A stretch of 64,000 nt of DNA, from NCBI GenBank assembly GCA_944392315.1, contig CALXWH010000001.1, forward strand, positions 64,703-128,702, read 5' to 3'. Source of the stretch: an uncultured Alphaproteobacteria bacterium (lineage in GTDB: Bacteria; Pseudomonadota; Alphaproteobacteria; RF32; CAG-239). Made by a program: the position numbers and the translations under genes. How positions within the stretch are numbered: the stretch's first letter is position 1; each line of letters opens with the position of its first letter. Shown here piece by piece: positions 1 through 7,637 of this stretch. Below the pieces are notes generated by a model that searched no databases, was not told where the DNA came from, and saw only the letters and a program-made list of their open reading frames with translations.

Positions 1-993
1 CGCACAGGGGTTTTCGTCATAACATTTGTATGGGTCACCGAAAGTATCATAGCCAGGCATACATTGCTTACAAATTGATTGAACTTGATTCAAACAATTT
101 TCTACACTCGGATAACATTGGGTTTCATCTCCATATGTTCCGTAGCCGGCGTTACATTCTTGACATATATCTGTATATTGTGTCTTGCAATTTGGAATAT
201 CTAAATAACACTTACTACCATCCCCTCCATGGATACCATAGCCACTTTCGCATTGAGTACATTTACTCCCCGATTGAGAGATGCAATGTTCTATCTGGCG
301 ATAACAAATATTTCCTTCCAAGAAATATCCATCTTTACATTTTTCGCAAGTTCCAGCTTTTTGAACACTACAGTTTGCAACGGTTGCATAACAGTTTGAA
401 GCATCACCATAGTTACCGTAACCACTGTCGCATACACATATTCCACCATATTCATGGCTATTGGGCGGGCAGTTTATTCCCGGATTATCTGGATTATCCG
501 GATCATCAGGATTATCCGGATTACTAGAGCCTCCTCCATCGCTACCTCCATCAGTATCCCCTCTAAAAATATATGCGGCAGCAACAGCTCCGGCAGCAAC
601 AGCGGCTGTGCCAATTAAATATGGAGAATCAGGCACATAACTTTTTACAGCTGTTTGTTTGGGAGATATTCCAAAGAAACGGCGGTAAGCGCTATCCGGA
701 ATTTTTTTCAAGCATTGTGGATTTTCATTTGCTCCATATGATGATAAAACTTTATAGGCTTGATGACTTTGTCTTATAACAGATAAGCAAACAGCGTTAT
801 AGCCGCGCTCATCCACACTTTCCAGTGAATAGCCTTTTTGTATTAAATTCTCTATTTTCTGTGTATTATTTTGTCTGGCCAATTCATAAAATGCACGGGC
901 GACACTTATTGTCCCTCCTGCGGCTTGAGCGAACAGTGGTAGTCCACAAACTAATACGCTAATAAGCGCAAATATTTTTTTATTTATTTTCAT
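1..993 (-). CDS. Partial (3' end beyond window) protein: signal peptide, ankyrin-like repeats, hydrophobic helix, NPD linker, then at least 4 cysteine-rich CxxCxxGY repeats
   Basis: Absent from the ORF track because it runs off the edge. Hand translation of the minus strand from ATG 993..991 stays open for all 331 codons down to base 1. N-terminus: MKINKKIFALISVLVCGLPLFAQAAGG. Ankyrin-like stretch: ELARQNNTQKIENLIQKGYSLESVDERGYNAVCLSVIRQSHQAYKVLSSYGAN. Hydrophobic helix: LIGTAAVAAGAVAAAYIF. Linker: SSNPDNPDDPDNPDNP. Repeats: NCSVQKAGTCEKCKDGYFLEGNICY, HCISQSGSKCTQCESGYGIHGGDGSKCY, NCKTQYTDICQECNAGYGTYGDETQCY, NCLNQVQSICKQCMPGYDTFGDPYKCY. Confidence 0.8.
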   Translation of the reverse strand, partial: MKINKKIFALISVLVCGLPLFAQAAGGTISVARAFYELARQNNTQKIENLIQKGYSLESVDERGYNAVCLSVIRQSHQAYKVLSSYGANENPQCLKKIPDSAYRRFFGISPKQTAVKSYVPDSPYLIGTAAVAAGAVAAAYIFRGDTDGGSDGGGSSNPDNPDDPDNPDNPGINCPPNSHEYGGICVCDSGYGNYGDASNCYATVANCSVQKAGTCEKCKDGYFLEGNICYRQIEHCISQSGSKCTQCESGYGIHGGDGSKCYLDIPNCKTQYTDICQECNAGYGTYGDETQCYPSVENCLNQVQSICKQCMPGYDTFGDPYKCYDENPCA

Positions 994-997
994 ATAC

Positions 998-1006
998 TTA
1001 TCCACA
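998..1006 (+). promoter_or_regulatory. Perfect consensus DnaA-box 9-mer TTATCCACA
   Basis: Exact match read in the sequence, 5 nt upstream of the start codon (993) of the minus-strand gene. It is paired with an inverted copy at 1126..1134. Confidence 0.3.
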
Positions 1007-1125
1007 AAGCAAGCTTATATCCATGGTTATACGTACTTTCTTTGATGCTATTTTACCCGAAAATGTTTAAAAATTCAGTTAAGATTCATTGCCTTTTTTA
1101 AATTTGGCTTGATTTTGTATGTTTT

Positions 1126-1134
1126 TGTGGATAA
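1126..1134 (-). promoter_or_regulatory. Perfect consensus DnaA-box 9-mer (TGTGGATAA on + strand)
   Basis: Exact reverse complement of TTATCCACA, 39 nt upstream of the ileS ATG at 1173. Confidence 0.3.
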
Positions 1135-1172
1135 AGTATGCAAAGTTTGTATTTTTGAGGATTTTTTTGGAA

Positions 1173-4100
1173 ATGACTGAGAAGAAAAAGTATTACCCCG
1201 AATTAAATGCTAAAATCAATTTTCCGGAAATGGAAAAGAATATTTTGAACTTCTGGGAAGAAGATAAAACTTTTGAAAAATCTGTACATAATCGTGACGG
1301 GGCTGCCGAATTTGTCTTTTATGACGGACCTCCGTTTGCAAACGGTACACCTCACTATGGGCATATGATGGTTTCATATGTTAAAGATGCCGTTGCTCGT
1401 TTTCAGACTATGAGCGGTAAAAAAGTTGAACGTCGCTTAGGATGGGATTGTCATGGTTTGCCGGCTGAAATGTCTGCGGAGAAACAACTTGGTGTTTCCG
1501 GTCGTAAACAGATTGAAGCCTATGGTGTGGAGAAATTTAATGATTTCTGCCGTAAAGATGTTTTGAAATATTCCAATATTTGGGTTGATATGTTTAAGCG
1601 TATCGGTCGTTGGGTGGACTTTAATCACGATTATAAGACCATGAATCTTCCTTTTATGGAAAGTGTTATCCATAATTTTAAGGAACTTTATGATAAGGGT
1701 TTGGTTTATGAAGATTATCGTGTGCTTCCTTATTCTTGGGCTGCGGAAACGCCGCTTTCCAACTTTGAAGTAAACCTTGGATATCGCGATAAAACCGATA
1801 ATGCCATTACGGTTATGTTTACTTTGGAAAATGGGCAGAAAATTTTGGTTTGGACTACAACGCCTTGGACACTTCCTTCTAACTTGATGTTGGCTGTCGG
1901 AAAAGACATTGATTATGTCGTTATGAATGAAAACGGTCAAGATTATATTTTGGCAGAAGCTAGACTTGGAAGCTATAAAAAACAACTTGAAAATGCTTCA
2001 TTAGTGAAAAAAATTAAGGGTTCTGATTTGGTTGGTTTAAGCTATACGCCGATGTTCCCGTACTTTTCTCATCTAAAAGATAAAGGTGCTTTTAAGGTTT
2101 TGAGCGGTGAATTTGTTTCTACCGAAGATGGTACCGGTGTTGTTCATATCGCACCGGGCTTTGGTCAAGACGACTTTGATGTTTGTCGTGCTTATGATGA
2201 GAATTTTCCGGTTGTTTGCCCGGTAGATGAAGCCGGTAAATTTACGGCAGAAGTTCCTGATTATGAGGGAAAACAAGTTTTTGAAACAAATGAACCGATT
2301 ATGCAATGGCTTAAATCAAATGGTCTTTTGGTGAAAAAAGAACAGTACACTCATACTTATCCGTATTGCTGGAGAACTGATACACCTTTGATTTATAAGG
2401 CGATGTCTTCTTGGTTTGTTAAAGTTACGGATTTTCGTGACGATATGGTTAAAAATAATCAGCTGATTAACTGGCTGCCGGCGCATATTAAAGACGGTCG
2501 TTTTGGTAAATGGCTGGAAGGAGCTCGTGACTGGTCTATTTCTCGTAACCGTTTTTGGGGTACGCCAATTCCTGTTTGGAAATCTGATAATCCGAAGTTC
2601 CCAAGAGTTGATGTGATGGGCTCTATTGCGGAAATTAAAGAGAAGACCGGATTTGTTGTTGATAATCTGCATAAGCCTTATATTGACGATGTGGTTTATC
2701 CAAACCCAGATGACCCGTCCGGACAAACTATGATGCGTCGTGTATCCGATGTTTTTGACTGTTGGTTTGAAAGCGGCTCTATGCCTTATGCTCAAGTGCA
2801 TTATCCGTTTGAAAATAAGGAATGGTTTGAAAATCATTTCCCGGCAGACTTTATTGTGGAAGCTATTGACCAAACTCGCGGATGGTTTTATACATTGACG
2901 GTTCTTTCCACCGCTCTTCATAATAAACCCGCTTTCAAAAACTGTATTTGTACGGGATTATTGATGGCTGAAGGCGGGCAGAAGCTCTCTAAGCGTTTGA
3001 AGAACTACCCTGATCCGAATGATATTCTGGAAACTATCGGTTCGGACGCTTTGCGTTGGTTCTTGATTTCTTCTCCGGTTCTTAAAGGCGGCAATGTCGC
3101 TGTTGATAAAGAAGGTAAAGAAATTGCCAAAGCAGCTCGTAAAGCTCTTATTCCATTCTGGAACGCTTATTACTTCTTTACCTTATATGCTAATGCTGAA
3201 GGAATTGAAGCAAAAGAGATTTCTCAGTCTGCTGATGTGTTAGACAGCTATATCTTAGCTAAATTAAAGGCTTTGTCTGATATCGTTCGCAAAGATATGA
3301 ACGAATATGAAATTGCCAGAGCTTGTGCGCAAATTGAAGATTTCTTGGAAATCTTAAATAACTGGTACATTCGTCGTTCCAGAGCTCGTTTCTGGGATGG
3401 AGAAGATTTGAGCGCTTTCAATACGCTTTACACCGTTTTGGTTAATGTGGCTAAGATTGCGGCTCCGCTTATGCCGTTTATGAGCGAATTTGTTTATAAA
3501 GGATTAACTGGACGCGAATCCGTTCATCTTGAAGATTTGCCGGATTTATCCGCTATTGCCGATAATGCGCAGTTAATTGAGCAGATGGATATGGTTAGAG
3601 CTATTTCTTCGGTGGCAAAATCTATTCGTGAAGAGCATAAGTTGCGTAACCGTTTGCCTTTACGCTCTATGACGGTTGCCGGTGATAATGCCGAAACACT
3701 TAAAGACTTTGCAGATGCGCTAAAAGATGAAGTTAACGTTAAGGAGATTTATCTGAAATCAGACATTGCGGACGTTGCCGGTCGTTTCCTTTATCTAAAA
3801 ACGCCGCTCATCGGTAAGAGACTTGGTGCGCATATGAAAGATATTATGGCTAAATCTAAAACTAATGAGTGGAAACAAAACGAAGACGGTACTCTTTCTA
3901 TTGCCGGACAGACTTTGTTTGCAGAAGAGTATGAGCTTCGTCTTGTTATTAAAGATGGCATGAGCGGGCAGGCTTTACCAGACAATACAGCCGTTGTGAT
4001 TTTGGATACGAAAGTTGATGAAAATCTTGAAAAAGAGGGAATTGCACGCGATTTTGTTCGTATGATTCAAGCTCTTCGTAAAACTAAAGATTTTGATATT

Positions 4101-4289
4101 TCTGACCGTATCAAACTCGCTTATTCCTCTAATGATTCAACCGTTAAAGCGGCGATTTCTGAATATGCCGATTATATTAAAGAGCAAGTTCTTGCTTTGG
4201 AAATTGCCGAAAATGCAAACCTTTCTGCACCGACTGTTGATGAACTTGGCGGCTCAGAAGTCAAATTTGATGTTGTCAAAGCGGCATAA
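1173..4289 (+). CDS. ileS: Isoleucine--tRNA ligase, type 2 (eukaryote-like) form
   Basis: Product is 1038 aa from ATG 1173; the ORF-track start at 1119 only adds MFLWIKYAKFVFLRIFLE. Class I motifs are PHYGH (HIGH) and KLSKRLKNYPDP (KMSKS region in the eukaryote-like context), plus WSISRNRFWGTPIP. Confidence 0.95.
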   Translation: MTEKKKYYPELNAKINFPEMEKNILNFWEEDKTFEKSVHNRDGAAEFVFYDGPPFANGTPHYGHMMVSYVKDAVARFQTMSGKKVERRLGWDCHGLPAEMSAEKQLGVSGRKQIEAYGVEKFNDFCRKDVLKYSNIWVDMFKRIGRWVDFNHDYKTMNLPFMESVIHNFKELYDKGLVYEDYRVLPYSWAAETPLSNFEVNLGYRDKTDNAITVMFTLENGQKILVWTTTPWTLPSNLMLAVGKDIDYVVMNENGQDYILAEARLGSYKKQLENASLVKKIKGSDLVGLSYTPMFPYFSHLKDKGAFKVLSGEFVSTEDGTGVVHIAPGFGQDDFDVCRAYDENFPVVCPVDEAGKFTAEVPDYEGKQVFETNEPIMQWLKSNGLLVKKEQYTHTYPYCWRTDTPLIYKAMSSWFVKVTDFRDDMVKNNQLINWLPAHIKDGRFGKWLEGARDWSISRNRFWGTPIPVWKSDNPKFPRVDVMGSIAEIKEKTGFVVDNLHKPYIDDVVYPNPDDPSGQTMMRRVSDVFDCWFESGSMPYAQVHYPFENKEWFENHFPADFIVEAIDQTRGWFYTLTVLSTALHNKPAFKNCICTGLLMAEGGQKLSKRLKNYPDPNDILETIGSDALRWFLISSPVLKGGNVAVDKEGKEIAKAARKALIPFWNAYYFFTLYANAEGIEAKEISQSADVLDSYILAKLKALSDIVRKDMNEYEIARACAQIEDFLEILNNWYIRRSRARFWDGEDLSAFNTLYTVLVNVAKIAAPLMPFMSEFVYKGLTGRESVHLEDLPDLSAIADNAQLIEQMDMVRAISSVAKSIREEHKLRNRLPLRSMTVAGDNAETLKDFADALKDEVNVKEIYLKSDIADVAGRFLYLKTPLIGKRLGAHMKDIMAKSKTNEWKQNEDGTLSIAGQTLFAEEYELRLVIKDGMSGQALPDNTAVVILDTKVDENLEKEGIARDFVRMIQALRKTKDFDISDRIKLAYSSNDSTVKAAISEYADYIKEQVLALEIAENANLSAPTVDELGGSEVKFDVVKAA

Positions 4290-4313
4290 GTTTGATTATC
4301 TCGCATTTTGCAT

Positions 4314-4342
4314 AAAATAAGGGAGCAAATTTGCTCCCTTTA
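4314..4342. terminator. Bidirectional intrinsic terminator between convergent ileS and the lipoprotein gene
   Basis: Perfect palindrome GGGAGCAAA/TTTGCTCCC at 4321..4338, flanked by AAAATAA upstream and TTTATT downstream. Confidence 0.7.
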
Positions 4343-5017
4343 TTATTTATTTAATTCCCTTTTTATCTGTTGAGCATCTTCATTTATTTGAAATCTAATT
4401 TTCTCTAAAGCCTGCTTTATATTATCGGCTGCTAATTTACGACCTATCATTAAATTATGATATCCCCAATACATTGCTTGATATTCTGTATCTGTAACAT
4501 TTACAACATATCTCTTTATTAATTCCTTTTTCTTATTCCATATTTCTATTTCAACTTCTAATGATTGAGATACTTCATTTGCTGGAAAACCTAGAAAATT
4601 TATTGTTCCTAAGGTAAATAAGGAAACCAATGGATAAAGTGTAGAAGTTTCCACTCCTCTATATCCTAATTTCAGTACGATGAAGCCTTTTTTTTCTCCA
4701 TATGGTGATGTTATATTTTCCTTAATTTCTTTTTCAAAAATATTAATTACATCATTTACTCGTGCATCTTTATATGTCGTTCCACTTACAGCTGTCGTTT
4801 GCATCCAACTTGTGCTACCTATTCCAGTTCCTATATTATTAGCATTTCCATTATAAGATCCAACGGTATATGTAGCTTCTAAGTTATTCATGTCTATAAC
4901 ACTTTCCATCGCTGGAAGTAGATTACTATTTGGTTGTATTTGAGGATTTACATCTTGGTAAGTAATACTTTTGCATGCTGACATTACTAGCACACATATC
5001 AAAATATATTTTTTCAT
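4343..5017 (-). CDS. Hypothetical lipoprotein (224 aa)
   Basis: Lipobox in MKKYILICVLVMSAC-KS. AGGA sits about 6 nt upstream of the ATG. Very AT-rich. No family recognised. Confidence 0.7.
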   Translation of the reverse strand: MKKYILICVLVMSACKSITYQDVNPQIQPNSNLLPAMESVIDMNNLEATYTVGSYNGNANNIGTGIGSTSWMQTTAVSGTTYKDARVNDVINIFEKEIKENITSPYGEKKGFIVLKLGYRGVETSTLYPLVSLFTLGTINFLGFPANEVSQSLEVEIEIWNKKKELIKRYVVNVTDTEYQAMYWGYHNLMIGRKLAADNIKQALEKIRFQINEDAQQIKRELNK

Positions 5018-5248
5018 CTTTTTCCTTTTACTATTAATCTCTGTTTATACGAGTGATTATTTTTGTATAACAACCATCAGCCCTCCGGTCTTCATACCCA
5101 AAGGCAGATCCTTTTACGCTCTCTTTGTAGAGCAACATGCAAGAGAGTTTCAAACCTCACACAAGTTATCATCTTGTGCGAGATTAGGGTATTTTAGAAA
5201 TTTGTGTTTGTCAAATGAAAATAAAATTTTAAGGAAAAATAAAATTTT

Positions 5249-6502
5249 CTACCTATCTTCTTGGGTTAAACTTGTTCTTATCGGAAAAATTATTTCTGGT
5301 GGTTCGTTATCTTTTAACTCCAAAAATTTTTCTATTTCTTTGCTGGCAGACCAATTTTCCGGTATATCGTAGGCAAGGCTGTCTTTTGTTTCTCTGATGT
5401 TCATTTCTTCTATCATTTCTTGAGGTAAACCCTCAAAGCTCTTTTGAATTTGTTTTACACCCAAATATGGCGTCTTAAGGTGTTCAAATGTCACACTTTT
5501 GCCGTTATGTGTTGTTTTATATGGAGTGCCTAGCGTATCTTCAATATATGGATATAATTTGAGACTGTTTTTTTCTGAATATTGATTTACACAATTTCTA
5601 TAAGTATGTTCTATCATTAAACCCATTATATTGGCGTGTTTTTCAACCGGTTGCTTACGATAGCTTTCAAAGGCTTTGTCTTGATATTTTCTTTGCTCTT
5701 CTTTATCTAAGGCGGAAATATCCTTTTTGCTCGCAGAACTTAAATAGTATGCAGAATTCATTTTTAACAACATTGCAAAATCATAGGGTATATCTTTGGC
5801 GGTTGTTCCTTGTTCAAACTGTTCTTTCATCCATTTTGCCGTTGTTTGAAAATAATAGTGTGTACCTTCGTGCCCCATCGTCTTCAAACTGCTATCATAG
5901 ATGCTTCCTTCTATTTCTATCCCGCTTATGCCGCTGGAACTGATATTTGTTCTATCGGTTATTTGGATTTTGGCTAAAAATTGTTCAAATTCGTTTGGAT
6001 TTTCTATATCATAGGCCTCTTTTAGCATGACGACATTTATTTTGTTCATAGCCTCTGCACGGGAATTGCGTTCAAAAGCAATGGCTGAACAATCTATATC
6101 TCCCCATAAAGCCAAATGTTGTCCGATTTCTCTCCCTTTTTTCATCATAGCGGAATATTGTTCGGGGGATATTCTATAATTCTTATAGATTTTAACGAAC
6201 TCTTCTTCACATTCTTCTACAAATTCATTCCGTAAAAATTGCGTATTATCCACTCTGAAACTTATTTTGTTAAATTCCTCTTCACTAATTTGATGAGCTT
6301 TCCATTTCTTTTGATATTTTTCCCATATCAACCCTTTATATAGCCAGCTATTTTGTATGCAATCTTCTATTCGGTCATACATTTTTAGCCAATCTTTGGT
6401 TGTCCACGATTGGATTGACTGCTCATCTATTGTTTTTATCCATTTTTTGAAATTGTCGGCATATAATATTTTAGGACAAGGATTTTCTTGATATCTACTC
6501 AT
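5249..6502 (-). CDS. Hypothetical protein (417 aa) with a single HExxH zincin-like motif
   Basis: Long uninterrupted ORF with AAGG upstream of the ATG. MGHEGTHYYF is encoded at 5849..5878, with HEGTH at 5858..5872. No signal peptide or TM segment seen. Confidence 0.6.
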   Translation of the reverse strand: MSRYQENPCPKILYADNFKKWIKTIDEQSIQSWTTKDWLKMYDRIEDCIQNSWLYKGLIWEKYQKKWKAHQISEEEFNKISFRVDNTQFLRNEFVEECEEEFVKIYKNYRISPEQYSAMMKKGREIGQHLALWGDIDCSAIAFERNSRAEAMNKINVVMLKEAYDIENPNEFEQFLAKIQITDRTNISSSGISGIEIEGSIYDSSLKTMGHEGTHYYFQTTAKWMKEQFEQGTTAKDIPYDFAMLLKMNSAYYLSSASKKDISALDKEEQRKYQDKAFESYRKQPVEKHANIMGLMIEHTYRNCVNQYSEKNSLKLYPYIEDTLGTPYKTTHNGKSVTFEHLKTPYLGVKQIQKSFEGLPQEMIEEMNIRETKDSLAYDIPENWSASKEIEKFLELKDNEPPEIIFPIRTSLTQEDR

Positions 6503-6521
6503 TTTCTTGCCTTACCTGCTT

Positions 6522-6992
6522 TTATATTCTGTACCTTTTCTTTTTTATGATTATCCCCATGTTAACGGCTTTTTGTGATTTTCTTATATTTTCCAACTTT
6601 GCTTTGTTTTCTTGATTGTCTTTTTCTGTACCTCCGATAACAATGGGTGTATCTTTTTTAGGGTTTGCTATAATTTCTATATTTTGGGCAGCCTTATATT
6701 TTCTTATTTGCTCTAACTTTATTTGGTTTCTTATAACTTCTGCTGAACTCTTTGCATCTAATGTTATTGGTTTTACTCTTTCTTTGTTTTCTGCAACCTG
6801 CTTTTCTATTTGTTTAATCCATGCTTCATATTTTAACTTAAAATCTTCGTCATTTTCAAACAAGTTTAGTACACTTTGGCTAAATGCTTGTTGTTGCTCT
6901 GTTGACCAATTTTTTATGTTTTTCCCTTCCTTATTTATAAAATCAATAAATTCTTCAAAATTACCAAACATTTTATCTTTTTGTATACTCAT
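6522..6992 (-). CDS. Hypothetical Lys/Glu-rich protein (156 aa)
   Basis: Strong RBS AGAGGAGAG upstream of the ATG. Lies 19 nt upstream of the 417-aa gene, so probably an operon. Its N-terminal motif resembles that of the downstream product. Confidence 0.6.
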   Translation of the reverse strand: MSIQKDKMFGNFEEFIDFINKEGKNIKNWSTEQQQAFSQSVLNLFENDEDFKLKYEAWIKQIEKQVAENKERVKPITLDAKSSAEVIRNQIKLEQIRKYKAAQNIEIIANPKKDTPIVIGGTEKDNQENKAKLENIRKSQKAVNMGIIIKKKRYRI

Positions 6993-7021
6993 TTTACTCT
7001 CCTCTTTTTAATATTGAGGAT

Positions 7022-7050
7022 ATTGTATCACAAAAATGTTTTTTGAACAA
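7022..7050 (-). promoter_or_regulatory. Sigma70-like promoter with extended -10 for the 156-aa/417-aa gene pair
   Basis: Read on the minus strand: TTGTTC (7050..7045), 17-nt spacer, TGATACAAT (TG at 7030..7029, TACAAT at 7027..7022). It lies directly after the ruvX stop. Confidence 0.4.
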
Positions 7051-7055
7051 GTTTT

Positions 7056-7514
7056 TTATGCATATTTAAGAGCGTCCAAGGCTCCTTGCAAAATATATGC
7101 GGCTGCTGTTGCATCCAGTACCTTTGCTCGCTTTTTACGCGATAAATCTACTTCTTTTATCAAAAAATTTTCCATGGCTGACGATGATAATCTTTCATCC
7201 CAAAGCAATATCGGCAAACCAATTTCTTCAGCTAAGACTTCTGCAAATTTGCGAACTTCTGCGGCAATTTCCCCCTCTGCTCCATTCATCTGCAATGGCA
7301 ACCCCATAACTATACCGCCGATTTCTTTTTCTATGATAATCTTCTTTAGCTCTATTAAATCTTTTTCCATATTGGTGCGATGAATTATTTTATGCGATGT
7401 TGCGATGGTGCAGGATAAATCTGATACAGCTATCCCCATTCTTTTACTGCCGTAATCTATTCCTAATATGGCTTTGCGCGAGGGAAGTATTTGCTTAAAC
7501 TCTTTGGTATTCAT
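7056..7514 (-). CDS. ruvX: YqgF/RuvX putative pre-16S rRNA nuclease / Holliday junction resolvase-like
   Basis: ILGIDYGSKRMGIAVSD N-terminal motif, 152 aa, and an overall YqgF pattern (WDERLSS). Confidence 0.9.
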   Translation of the reverse strand: MNTKEFKQILPSRKAILGIDYGSKRMGIAVSDLSCTIATSHKIIHRTNMEKDLIELKKIIIEKEIGGIVMGLPLQMNGAEGEIAAEVRKFAEVLAEEIGLPILLWDERLSSSAMENFLIKEVDLSRKKRAKVLDATAAAYILQGALDALKYA

Positions 7515-7637
7515 CGTTTCTCCTTTTTTTATTCTTGTAACACAAAAAAAATTTTCTGTAAACTGTTGAATGTTAGGATAAAATAAAGATATTATACTTT
7601 ATCGTTTAATACACTCATTTTATGAAGGCGAACGTGT

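Noticed and set aside
481-525. Short tandem repeat, considered as a CRISPR or intergenic VNTR
   Set aside because: The units are 9 bp, directly adjacent without spacers, and lie inside a coding region, where they encode NPD repeats. It is not a CRISPR array.
30-527. 165-aa His/Tyr-rich + strand ORF from the ORF track
   Set aside because: It is the antisense shadow of the much longer, motif-rich minus-strand gene at 1..993. Its composition is implausible and it has no RBS.
998-1134. Chromosomal replication origin (oriC), suggested by the two perfect DnaA boxes
   Set aside because: There are only two boxes. I saw no cluster of additional boxes, no obvious 13-mer-type unwinding repeats, and no dnaA, hemE or parAB context. 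A regulatory or titration site is more parsimonious. This cannot be settled without a whole-genome GC-skew analysis.
1119-1172. N-terminal 18-aa extension of IleS (ORF-track start)
   Set aside because: MFLWIKYAKFVFLRIFLE has no counterpart in IleRS proteins. The conserved N-terminus begins at the internal Met (1173).
5117-5183. Two hairpins (CTCTCTTTG..CAAGAGAG and CTCACACAAG..CTTGTGCGAG) downstream of the HExxH gene, considered as terminators or a small RNA
   Set aside because: On the minus strand neither is followed by a convincing U-tract. I have insufficient evidence to call either a terminator or an sRNA.
4971-5372. 133-aa + strand ORF spanning the lipoprotein/HExxH intergenic region
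   Set aside because: It overlaps both neighbouring gene ends in antisense, has low-complexity hydrophobic sequence, and has no RBS.
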